In this document: positions 18,343-26,234 of the stretch, piece by piece
Position numbering within the stretch: position 1 is the first letter of the stretch
Layout: each line of letters opens with the position of its first letter
Assembly (NCBI GenBank): GCA_030637655.1
Contig: DAOWGI010000019.1
Coordinates: 1-30,109, forward strand
Length of the DNA stretch: 30,109 nt
Direction of reading: 5' to 3'
DNA from: a candidate division FCPU426 bacterium
GTDB lineage: Bacteria > Oederibacteriota > JAAXVQ01 > JAUVAV01
Notes under the pieces: model-generated
What the model saw: the letters and a program-made list of their open reading frames with translations, nothing else
What the model was told of the DNA's origin: nothing
Database searches by the model: none
Position numbers and translations under genes: made by a program

Positions 18343-18693
18343 TGGTGGAGGCGGCGGGAATCGAACCCGCGTCCGAAAAAATTCCTACCAGCGCTTCTAC
18401 ATGCTTAGCCTGAACTTTGGATCTCGCATTGGATTCCTCCTTCAGGCCGGATGAATCCAATGCCAACCCCGAGTTTTCTCGCTACTGCATCACGAGGTCA
18501 AACGCAGTAACCAACCTGCTGAGTGGCGCCCTGAACTCCCCGCAGGTAAAAGAGTACAGAACGCGCAGCTTACGCTGCGAGAGCCAGTTGAGGCTCGTCA
18601 GTTATAGTGATTTCCACCATGATTTACGAGGTGAGGTGAAGTCCTCGGCATGCCACACTGGCCAAAACTCTCCCGTCGAGACCAAGCGCCCCC
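18343..18693 (-). ncRNA. ssrA: tmRNA
   Basis: 5' GGGGGCG pairs with 3' CGCCTCC-ACCA (G3-U Ala identity); T-arm GCGGGTTCGATTCCCGC; GCATGCCGAGG motif; tag ORF 18570-18599 encodes DEPQLALAA*; 351 nt. Confidence 0.97.
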
Positions 18694-18695
18694 TT

Positions 18696-18833
18696 GTCAA
18701 AGAATAAACGAGCAATAAAGCTCGTCTATTCTTTGACGGCTCTATTGCCCAACTTCTCAAATTTTATATCAATCAATAACAGATAAACAGTATAACAAAA
18801 AAGCAGTGAAAAAGCTCGTTTATTCTTTGACGG
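18696..18833. repeat. Three copies of the GTCAAAGAATARACGAGC motif in the tmRNA leader/promoter
   Basis: Hairpin GTCAAAGAATAAACGAGC-AATAAA-GCTCGTCTATTCTTTGAC 3 bp from the tmRNA 5' end; near-identical direct copy near 18811-18833; TGtTATACT extended -10 (minus strand) at 18789-18797. Confidence 0.7.
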
Positions 18834-18849
18834 CAGTACTGCTGTTTTT

Positions 18850-18963
18850 GTGGCAGACACTGGGGGCTGCCACTACACATAATCAATTTTCGCTTCTCGA
18901 TTTTCTGCTTTTTGTTCGGGCGAACATACCCAAAAGACGGGCACAGGCAAGATTCGCCCCTAC
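18850..18963 (-). repeat. Two GTAG-type REP hairpins after the SDR gene
   Basis: Minus strand GTAGGGGCGAA...TTCGCCC (18918-18963, includes the TAG stop) and GTAGTGGCAG...CTGCCAC (18850-18876). Confidence 0.65.
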
Positions 18964-19700
18964 ATCTTCAGCTTTTTAAATATCCCCTCTGGCACAGACC
19001 GGATGATCAACATAATCCACCTCCAGAACCCGGGTAAATACACGGAATTTTTTTTCCGCTGCACAGCTTTTCTAATACCTGTCGCAATGGTTTCCGGTTT
19101 GGCAAAGAGCAGGCCTTTTTTCAGATGTTGGGTCATGGGTGTATCAACAAATCCCGGTTTCACGGTTAATACATGGACACCGCGATGCGCCAAACGGTTC
19201 CTCAGCCCCTCTAAATAAGTATTGAGTCCGGCTTTGGAAGATCCATACAAATAATTGCTCTGTCTTCCGCGGTCACCGGCCACAGAAGAGACACCCACAA
19301 TCAAACCTTGGCCTTTGCTTTCCATGTACAGGGCTATTTTTTCCAGAATGGATACTGCACCCACATAATTGGCTACCAGCATCTCATGGGCCAAGTGAAA
19401 ATCCTTCTCCGCTGTGCGTTGATCGTGCAATTGGCCAAAAAATAAATAGACCTCATCCAGTGTTTTTATCTTTTTCAATACTTCAGCCAGGAACTTATCA
19501 TGTTGATCAAGCTTAGTGGCATCAAAGCCGAACACCACAGGCAGGGGGGCGTTCTCTCGAAGCATAAGATCCTGAGCGGTTTTTTCCAATTCTTTGGTGT
19601 TTCTGCTGGCCAAAATCAACTGCACTTTGGGATTGGCAATTTCCCGGGCCATGGCTCTGGCCATGCCGGAATTCGCGCCAAGTATTAATACATTTTTCAT
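18960..19700 (-). CDS. SDR oxidoreductase, DprE2-like
   Basis: MKNVLILGANSGMA, SSVAGDRGRQSNYLYGSSKAGL, VKPGFVDTPMT; adjacent to a DprE1 homologue. ATG at 19700. Confidence 0.9.
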   Translation of the reverse strand: MKNVLILGANSGMARAMAREIANPKVQLILASRNTKELEKTAQDLMLRENAPLPVVFGFDATKLDQHDKFLAEVLKKIKTLDEVYLFFGQLHDQRTAEKDFHLAHEMLVANYVGAVSILEKIALYMESKGQGLIVGVSSVAGDRGRQSNYLYGSSKAGLNTYLEGLRNRLAHRGVHVLTVKPGFVDTPMTQHLKKGLLFAKPETIATGIRKAVQRKKNSVYLPGFWRWIMLIIRSVPEGIFKKLKM

Positions 19701-19731
19701 CGCTGCCCTCGCTTTTTCTTTTTGAATAGAG

Positions 19732-21180
19732 TTATTTCTTGGGGCCGGTTTTTTTGACGCGTTTGCCCAAACGCGTTTTTTTAATACCACGGGTTGTTTT
19801 GGGTATCAGATCCAAGCGCCGCGCCATATCCGAACAAAACACATTGTTCGGATCCACCTTGGCTTTCACAGCTTTCCATTCCTTGAGTCGCGGATACATG
19901 GCCGCAAAAGTTTCCGCGCGCATGCGCGAGTCTTTGGCCAAATACAAGCGTCCTCCATACTTAAGCACCATCTCATCCCATTTTTCCATATGTTTCAGGA
20001 TTTCTCCGTTTTTCACCGGAAAATCCAGTGCCAAAAAATACCCAGGCGTTGGAAAGGACAACATGCCCTTGTTTTTCAGATTCCCAAACTTTTTCAAGAC
20101 TGCCAAAAAGGAGGCCTTGCCTGTGCTGCTGATAGCCTCCAGAACCTGTTTGATGCCCTCAAAACTTACTTTGGGCGGTATTAAAAACTGATATTGCAGC
20201 ATTCCGTTTTTACCATACCCCCGGTTCCATTTTAGAAACGAGTCCAGAGGGTAAAAAAAAGTATCATAATCCACTACGGTTTTTATCAAACGGGGATGCT
20301 TCCCATAATATAGTTGATTAAAACCCCACATGGACAAAGGGTTGAGCACCATCTCGGGAAAATCAAAAGGAATAGTCACTTTTGGTTTATGTATTACCGG
20401 CAATGGCTGTTGACGCCGGTCACTAGTCTTCAATTCCTCTTTTTTCGCAAACTGTCCACGCATCATAATGCTTCGGCCTAAATTGCGACCCTTGGCCAGG
20501 CAGTCAATCCAGGCCACGCTCATATCCTCGTCTGCGGTCTCTTCAAACAGACGGAAGATGTCTTCCAAATTTTTGGCTTTAATGCCGGCATAATTCACAT
20601 AACTACTCTCAATGGGCATGAGCCGCAATTCCACACTTAGAATCAGACCGGTTAATCCCATCCCGCCTACCGTGGCCCAGAACAATTCCGAACGCTCTTT
20701 GGCAGAACAAATAACACGGGATCCATCTGCCAGCAGCATATGCAAACACTCGATAAAATGGGCTAAATTGTAATGACTCTTACCATGCACATCACAAGCC
20801 ACCGAACCGCCCAGAGTCGGATACTTGGTACCAGGTGTGACTGGTAAGAACCAGCCCCGCGGCACAAAGTACTCAATAACCTGTTCCAAAGTCACCCCGG
20901 CTTCCGCATGTACAATACCGCGTTTGGCATCAAATCCCAAAAACCGGTTGCAGGGCGTAAAATCCAGACACCAATTGTCTTGGTTGCAGGCAGCATCACC
21001 ATACGCGCGGCCTGCCCCGCGTCCCAACAACTGCCTTCCCTGCCGGGTGGCCAACAGCCGAAAAATTTCACTCTCAGTCTGTACGGAATACACCTGCGCT
21101 TGTGAAACCGGAAAGCGTCCCCAGCCTTCCACACGTTGCTTAGGTGGACATTGTGAGTTTATTCTTTCCTCAGCTGACAT
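19732..21180 (-). CDS. FAD-binding oxidoreductase, DprE1-like
   Basis: GWGR, RGAGRAYGDAA, PVTPGTK..TLGG.VACDVHGK, SVAWIDC, FFYPLD, LQYQF, SFLAVLKKFG, GGRLYLAKDSR. Confidence 0.92.
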   Translation of the reverse strand: MSAEERINSQCPPKQRVEGWGRFPVSQAQVYSVQTESEIFRLLATRQGRQLLGRGAGRAYGDAACNQDNWCLDFTPCNRFLGFDAKRGIVHAEAGVTLEQVIEYFVPRGWFLPVTPGTKYPTLGGSVACDVHGKSHYNLAHFIECLHMLLADGSRVICSAKERSELFWATVGGMGLTGLILSVELRLMPIESSYVNYAGIKAKNLEDIFRLFEETADEDMSVAWIDCLAKGRNLGRSIMMRGQFAKKEELKTSDRRQQPLPVIHKPKVTIPFDFPEMVLNPLSMWGFNQLYYGKHPRLIKTVVDYDTFFYPLDSFLKWNRGYGKNGMLQYQFLIPPKVSFEGIKQVLEAISSTGKASFLAVLKKFGNLKNKGMLSFPTPGYFLALDFPVKNGEILKHMEKWDEMVLKYGGRLYLAKDSRMRAETFAAMYPRLKEWKAVKAKVDPNNVFCSDMARRLDLIPKTTRGIKKTRLGKRVKKTGPKK

Positions 21181-21233
21181 AAGTGTTTGTTATCTCCTTA
21201 TTTGTAAAAACAAAATAGGTTTGGAAAAAATTA

Positions 21234-21261
21234 ATTATAGACCCTCCCCAACAATTGTCAA
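21234..21261 (-). promoter_or_regulatory. sigma70 promoter of the dprE1-dprE2-like operon
   Basis: Minus strand TTGACA-16 bp-TATAAT, both hexamers perfect. Confidence 0.7.
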
Positions 21262-21311
21262 TACGTATGGCACGCCTCCGTGGAAATAGAATGTCTCTTC
21301 CCATTCAATAA

Positions 21312-21458
21312 ATGAAAATTATCTGGTCTCCACTTGCAATAGAAAGACTGGGAGAAATTGCAGAATACATTCAGGAAGATGATCCTTCGACCGCGAAAAA
21401 ATGTATTACGGGACGTGGTTTGGTAATACGCTTATCCTTGTACTTCTTTGTACTTTAA
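21312..21458 (+). pseudogene. RelE/ParE toxin N-terminal fragment
   Basis: MKIIWSPLAIERLGEIAEYIQEDDPSTAKK is a typical ParE N-terminus; similarity stops at the repeat at 21410. The ORF is 48 aa and not in the ORF track. Confidence 0.8.
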
Positions 21459-21499
21459 TATTATTAATTTTTAGCTGCCCGTATACCTAACCACGTCCC
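21410..21499. mobile_element. About 90-bp MITE-like element with terminal inverted repeats
   Basis: GGGACGTGGTTTGGTAATAC ... GTATACCTAACCACGTCCC around an AT-rich core. Confidence 0.65.
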
Positions 21500-21523
21500 C
21501 AACCCCTAGAAAGAAATCCGGCG

Positions 21524-22441
21524 CTATTTCGCTGCCAGTTCTTTGTTGATAGTCTTCACGAGATCAGTCGCACTCGCTTGTATGACATCGCTATATGATT
21601 CGAGAATAGCTTGGTCATCACCGGTAAAATTCACTACACCGGTCTGCATCATGGGAACCGCTTTGCCTTTAAACTCCACTTTGGCTCCTGTAAACACTGC
21701 GCTTATGCCGGCCTTGGTGACAACTGAGATCGCTGTACCCACAAGCGGTTTCGCCTTGGATTTCTTCGATGCCAGCAGTTTCCCCAACCCACCGAGAAGT
21801 TGCATTCCCGCCGGTTCGTAGGCAACGATTGTTCTCAAGACAATAACGGCATCGACATCCAGTTTCTTGCAGAGCTCAGTCAGATCCTGATGTGTTTTGC
21901 GGTTTTTTTCCACATTTGCCTTGTATGTTCGGGGTCTGAACGGATTGAAATATTTGGTGCCTGGAAATGGGAGGATCGGAGCGAAGTATTGCTCTTCCGT
22001 CGTTTCACCCGTAATTGCTTGATAGGCGGGCATGTCTTTGACTTTTTCAATGGGAATGACTTCCCAATGTGTTATTTCTTTCAAGGCATCCATATAGGTC
22101 TTCGAAGTATCATTCAGCAGCTGTTCATAGGAAGCCTGCGTGGTATCATCCGTCTTCCCGGTGTATTGCTTCATCTCATCGGCTTTTTTCTGAAGCAGCT
22201 TACGTTCTTTCTCTAACTTAGGTCCGGCTTTGTAGTTGTAAATATACTTGTTAAAGCTGAGGCTAACAACCGCGATCTTCTTGATTGCCCGGACTTCATC
22301 CTTGCGCGTAATGGGCGTAGCACAGCTTACGAGCGTGAAGGCCAAGGATACGATCATAAAATTCCGAACGATAGTTAAAAATGGTCTTCTGTAATTCCCG
22401 TAGTGATCAGAGCTGGAAATATTGTTTTTCATTTTTGTCAT
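21524..22441 (-). CDS. Hypothetical lipoprotein
   Basis: AAGGAG RBS before ATG 22441; hydrophobic stretch and lipobox LVSC; KKIAVVS and LCKKLDVDAVI suggest a CsgG/TolB_N-like fold (weak). Confidence 0.75.
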   Translation of the reverse strand: MTKMKNNISSSDHYGNYRRPFLTIVRNFMIVSLAFTLVSCATPITRKDEVRAIKKIAVVSLSFNKYIYNYKAGPKLEKERKLLQKKADEMKQYTGKTDDTTQASYEQLLNDTSKTYMDALKEITHWEVIPIEKVKDMPAYQAITGETTEEQYFAPILPFPGTKYFNPFRPRTYKANVEKNRKTHQDLTELCKKLDVDAVIVLRTIVAYEPAGMQLLGGLGKLLASKKSKAKPLVGTAISVVTKAGISAVFTGAKVEFKGKAVPMMQTGVVNFTGDDQAILESYSDVIQASATDLVKTINKELAAK

Positions 22442-22711
22442 TTTTGTCTGCTCCTTTTTCGGATGTTTTTCATACCCACTTAAAAACATAATAAAAGTCC
22501 GGTCTTTCTGCAGCAATATACCTCCTCTGTGAGATGATAGGAAATTAATTCCCGGAAAAGTTTAACAAAGCCCAAAATAGTGTGTCAATCGGAAAATTAT
22601 AAATAAAATGGGGTATAGGATGTCTCTTCCTATTCCCAATACCTTGTAATTTTTTAATTGTTTTTATTAATTACTTTAAGTATATTAATAGCTGTGAAAT
22701 TTACCACATAC

Positions 22712-22827
22712 CGGTAATGCCCCGTGGCTTGCCACGGGGATACCGCATACCCTCTCCCTTCCAGGGAGAGGGATAAAGGGCGAGGGTCACCTTAACATGC
22801 CCTGCGGCTTGTCGCAGGGTAATTGAC
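22712..22827 (-). mobile_element. Non-autonomous IS200/IS605-type mini element (PATE-like)
   Basis: Minus strand starts GTCAATTACCCTGCGACAAGCCGCAGGGCATG and ends ATCCCCGTGGCAAGCCACGGGGCATT (paired subterminal hairpins). Internal CCCTCTCCC..GGGAGAGGG hairpin. No ORF. Confidence 0.7.
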
Positions 22828-23192
22828 TTTCAAACGTCTTTTAATTCCGGTGACACCATACTCAATTGATGTATCAGATCGGTGAAATGTGTATCCCTGA
22901 AATTTCTCCACCATAAAAAGCTCGCTGCCGGTTATACTGGTCCGATTCGGCATAAGGCCCCTCTTGATCGCTGGTGTCTCAGATACTGAATTTCACAATA
23001 ATATTGTCGGTTTTATTTCTTTTCTCTTAATTTTGTTTGCATAAGAAATGAATAGAAATGAAAGTAGGGGGGGACGTTATGTCCTAAGTTGCCCTGGATC
23101 CACCGTCAAAAAAATAATATCCTTTAATAAAAAGGATAATCCAGAAAAACGGTATCACGCTACAGCAAGTATATAACTGCCAAACAACCACT

Positions 23193-23301
23193 CGTCATCC
23201 CAGCATGATCGTAGCTGGGATCCAGGACTCTTGTAAACAAAGGCTTTTCTGGATCCCGGCCTGGCCTGAGCGAAGTCGAAGGGATCGAGTCCGGGATGAC
23301 G
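23193..23301. repeat. CGTC-type palindromic repeat with a nested CCTGAGCGAAGTCGAAGGG module
   Basis: CGTCATCCCAGC..GCTGGGATCCAG ... CTGGATCCCGG[CCTGGCCTGAGCGAAGTCGAAGGG]ATCGAGTCCGGGATGACG. Confidence 0.8.
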
Positions 23302-23418
23302 GCGAGGTAGGATCCGAATTAGATGGTGGATTTTGGTTGCATAACCCCATGAACACAATGTCCCCAAGTTTCCATTCACCGCTCCTGCCGGGCACGACAA
23401 ATCCAAAGCAAACTTTAT

Positions 23419-23434
23419 AATTGTCGTGACAATT
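23419..23434. promoter_or_regulatory. Palindromic operator upstream of the AAA ATPase
   Basis: AATTGTC-GT-GACAATT, with a second ATAATTGTC half-site near 23449. Confidence 0.45.
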
Positions 23435-23480
23435 TCAAAGTTTTATATATAATTGTCATGCAGAGAAAACTACTCGAGGT

Positions 23481-24614
23481 ATGCTTATGCGCTATTTAAC
23501 GGAAAATTTAAGTAAAGATCTGAAACGGAAAATGGTTCTCCTTTCCGGTCCGCGACAAACCGGAAAAACTACGCTGGCGAAATTCCTGGCCAGGGAAAAG
23601 GGCGTATATCTGAATTGGGATATTCGATCGAATCAAAGAGTCATCCGCGAAGTTGGCTGGCCCAAAGACGCCTCCTTGGTGGTTCTGGATGAATTGCATA
23701 AATATCTAAAATGGAAAAACTTCTTAAAAGGTCTGGCTGATGAATTTCAGAATAAGCCGCCTCTGCTTGTGACCGGAAGCGCTAAACTGGAAACCTTTCG
23801 TCATGAAGGCGATGCTTTGACAGGCAGGTATTATGCTTATCGCCTTCATCCTATCGATGTGGCTGAGGCCCGGCTGTTTTTAAAGGATTTTTCAGCCGGA
23901 AAACGGCTGGAAAGGATTTTGAAAACAGGCGGTTTTCCGGAAGCTTTTCTTCATCCGGCTGAGGCAGAAAGGCTGCGCAATAACCGCTTTGATCTGGTCT
24001 TGCAGGAAGATCTGCGCGATTTGAGCAAGTCCAATGCGATACGCGGGCTTAAGCTCTTGATTGAACTTTTGCGGGAACGTGTTGGAGGCCAGCTTAGTTA
24101 CTCAAATTTGGCCCGGGATTTAGGCGTTTCCGCAGTCACAATAAAGTTCTGGCTCGAGTTGCTGGAACGTCTTTTTGTGATTTTTATTATTCCTCCTTAT
24201 TCGACGGGTCTGGCCAGGAGCCTGCGCAAAGAACCTAAATTTTATTTTTATGATTGCGCGGCAGGTTATGCTGATACAAATCACGGAGACATCCTGGAAA
24301 ATACCGTAGCTTGCGCTCTGCTGAAGTATTGTCATTTTCAGAGAGATGCGTTCGGAAAAAAAACCGAGCTTTTTTATTTTAGAGACCGGGAGAAGCGAGA
24401 GGTGGATTTTGTAGTTACGCGCAACCGTAAGGTATACTGGTGCATTGAAGTCAAAACCAGCGATGACCAATTAAGTCCCCACCTGGAATATTTGCACCAA
24501 CGCTTACAGCCGGAAGTATCTCTGCAACTGGTCAAAGACCTGAAAATGCCGAAAGAAGTCCGGGGAATTAAAATCACTTCCCTGGCGGAGTGGCTCGATA
24601 AGATGCTGATTTAA
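23481..24614 (+). CDS. AAA_14 ATPase with DUF4143 (PD-(D/E)xK-like C-terminus)
   Basis: LSGPRQTGKTT, LDELH, VTGSA, LTGR, TGGFPE, PKFYFYD, LEN.V, YFRD..REVDFV..IEVK. Confidence 0.92.
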   Translation: MLMRYLTENLSKDLKRKMVLLSGPRQTGKTTLAKFLAREKGVYLNWDIRSNQRVIREVGWPKDASLVVLDELHKYLKWKNFLKGLADEFQNKPPLLVTGSAKLETFRHEGDALTGRYYAYRLHPIDVAEARLFLKDFSAGKRLERILKTGGFPEAFLHPAEAERLRNNRFDLVLQEDLRDLSKSNAIRGLKLLIELLRERVGGQLSYSNLARDLGVSAVTIKFWLELLERLFVIFIIPPYSTGLARSLRKEPKFYFYDCAAGYADTNHGDILENTVACALLKYCHFQRDAFGKKTELFYFRDREKREVDFVVTRNRKVYWCIEVKTSDDQLSPHLEYLHQRLQPEVSLQLVKDLKMPKEVRGIKITSLAEWLDKMLI

Positions 24615-24744
24615 TGACACTAAATCGCAAACACTATCCCATGAGAGACATTCAAATGGTGCCTATCAATTAGGCAACCACTTGCTACAGGGCAACATCA
24701 GCAAAACCAAACCCTTTGGCACCTTCCGCCGGCCGGCAAAAATA

Positions 24745-25095
24745 TTAGTCTAAAATATTTTCAATACATTCTTTTATTTTTGAAATAGCGCTTTTATTTA
24801 AAACCCCAACCTGCTTTCCAAATCTACTATTATCAACTGCTCTTAATTGATCAATCAAAACATCAGAATCGCTCTTCAACCCGGTTTCTTTCTTCTTTAT
24901 ATGGACACGTAAAACATGGGCGCTTTTATGAACTTTAGACGTTATCGGACAAACCAAGGTTGACGGATGGACATTATTCAGCAAATCAGTTTGCACGACA
25001 ACCACAGGCCGTTTTTTTCCGGGCTCAGATTTATATCTCGGATTAAGATCCGCTATATATACCCGCCACTTCTTTAATATTATTTTATCTTTCAT
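24745..25095 (-). CDS. mazF: PemK/MazF family mRNA interferase toxin
   Basis: ADLNP...EPGKKRPVVVVQ.D.LN..HPSTLVCPITS...GLKSDS.VLIDQLRAVD. Confidence 0.9.
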   Translation of the reverse strand: MKDKIILKKWRVYIADLNPRYKSEPGKKRPVVVVQTDLLNNVHPSTLVCPITSKVHKSAHVLRVHIKKKETGLKSDSDVLIDQLRAVDNSRFGKQVGVLNKSAISKIKECIENILD

Positions 25096-25334
25096 AACCC
25101 ATAAATTTCATCTTCCGAAGCTTCAAATTCGTGTAAAACTTTTATCGATTCTTTACTAACTAATTTGGATTCTTTCAGGTATTTATCTTTTAGCAGCTTT
25201 CTTTTCATTAGTCTGTTATAATATGCAACAGCTATATTAATATACATATTCCTTTTTGTATCAATCTGTTTAACAACTGTTTCAGTTTCACTGAAAATAT
25301 TATCGTTTAATTTCAATAATATCGCTTTGCTCAT
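25092..25334 (-). CDS. Putative cognate antitoxin (RHH-like N-terminus, acidic C-terminus)
   Basis: 80 aa, ATGA overlap with the toxin start; MSKAILLKL beta strand followed by helices; ends EFEASEDEIYGL. Confidence 0.75.
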   Translation of the reverse strand: MSKAILLKLNDNIFSETETVVKQIDTKRNMYINIAVAYYNRLMKRKLLKDKYLKESKLVSKESIKVLHEFEASEDEIYGL

Positions 25335-25351
25335 TTTAACAATCCTGCCTT

Positions 25352-25405
25352 TCAATATATATTATATATATACATATAGTATATATTGATGCCATGCATT
25401 GTCAA
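25352..25405 (-). promoter_or_regulatory. TA operon promoter with overlapping 38-bp palindromic operator
   Basis: Minus strand TTGACA-16-TATACT; near-perfect palindrome TCAATATATATTATAT..ATATAGTATATATTGA (25352-25389). Confidence 0.65.
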
Positions 25406-25420
25406 GTAAAATCAGATGTC

Positions 25421-25627
25421 GGTAGTAACATGTCAGTGAAGCATTTTTTTAGTTTGTCATTCCCGAACGGTTTAATCGGCCCCAACCGGAAAAGATATAT
25501 AGGGACGCCTTCGGCAGGAATCTGGTTTTTTAAACCGTATCCCCGATACAAGCATTCGGGGATGATAGGGTGGGGGCTGCATTCACGGATAACAAACAAA
25601 AAAACGCATGACTGACATGTTACTGTC
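25421..25627. repeat. Three-level nested palindrome
   Basis: Outer IR AGTAACATGTCAGT (25424-25437)/ACTGACATGTTACT (25611-25624); middle TGTCATTCCCGAA...TTCGGGGATGATA (25455-25567); inner ACCGGAA..GGGACGCCTTCGGCA module (about 25480-25516). Confidence 0.75.
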
Positions 25628-25645
25628 TGTACCGGCCCCAACGCC

Positions 25646-26026
25646 CTATGTTTTAAACTCCCAGGGTTTCTGTTTAAAATAAGTTTCTATAATCATCTTA
25701 ATATCGGCCTTAACTTCTTCTTTTTTTGCCAGGTTAGTCGCGATAACTCTCAACCCGCAGTTAAATATATAGGGATTTACCAACTCAATCCACATAACCT
25801 CTCCTTGGATGATTAAAGGTTGAGCTTTATCCAGCCGGGGTAAATAAATTTTCAGCCGGTCTCTAGTTTTCAGTTCCAGCGGTGATTGAAGGCAGATTCC
25901 TTCTTCGGAGATATTTAAAATGTCGGCAAAAATTGCCAAATGAATATGGCCTTTGTTGCTAAATACTTCTGTCCGAACGCGCAAAATGGGTTGGACACGT
26001 TCGGTCTGCCGTCTTTCTTGGTCCAT
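25646..26026 (-). CDS. PilZ domain protein (c-di-GMP binding)
   Basis: ERRQTER (RxxxR) and NISEEG (D/NxSxxG); GEVMW; ATG 26026 with GGGAGG RBS. Confidence 0.9.
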   Translation of the reverse strand: MDQERRQTERVQPILRVRTEVFSNKGHIHLAIFADILNISEEGICLQSPLELKTRDRLKIYLPRLDKAQPLIIQGEVMWIELVNPYIFNCGLRVIATNLAKKEEVKADIKMIIETYFKQKPWEFKT

Positions 26027-26050
26027 TATAAGAATACCTCCCCACAAATT

Positions 26051-26102
26051 ATCCCCGCACTGAAGTGCGGAGTATTCAGGTAACCCTCACCCTTTATCCC
26101 TC
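26051..26102 (+). repeat. Remnant of the 22712-type element
   Basis: ATCCCCGCAC-TGAA-GTGCGGAGT hairpin, plus ACCCTCACCCTTTATCCCTC matching the reverse complement of 22768-22787 with one mismatch. Confidence 0.55.
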
Positions 26103-26234
26103 GGCCTAAAACGGTCGATTTTCCCTCTTTTTTAGTTTGGCAACACAGATTGTGATTGCCGATGGAACGTTTTTCCGTTATTCTAAGTAAAGCATAATAT
26201 TTTGATATCTATCTTGATCAGGGGCAACTTAAGC

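Noticed and set aside
18343-18375. tRNA-Ala gene
   Set aside because: The matching 5' acceptor strand is 350 nt away with a tag ORF in between, so this is tmRNA.
18417-18707. 96-aa ORF (and 18030-18413)
   Set aside because: Antisense to tmRNA and the GIY-YIG gene; no coding support.
22712-22827. Functional omegaRNA/IscB locus
   Set aside because: Too short for the scaffold and no nuclease ORF follows.
22906-22913. CTCCACCA as an att duplicate of the tmRNA end
   Set aside because: Only 8 bp, wrong strand and wrong side.
23155-23420. Three overlapping short ORFs
   Set aside because: Open frames through a GC-rich palindromic repeat.
25394-25641. Two short ORFs
   Set aside because: They coincide with the nested repeat; no RBS or family signal.
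25925-25937. GGCAAAAATTGCC as another operator site
   Set aside because: 13-bp spacing and inside the PilZ coding sequence.
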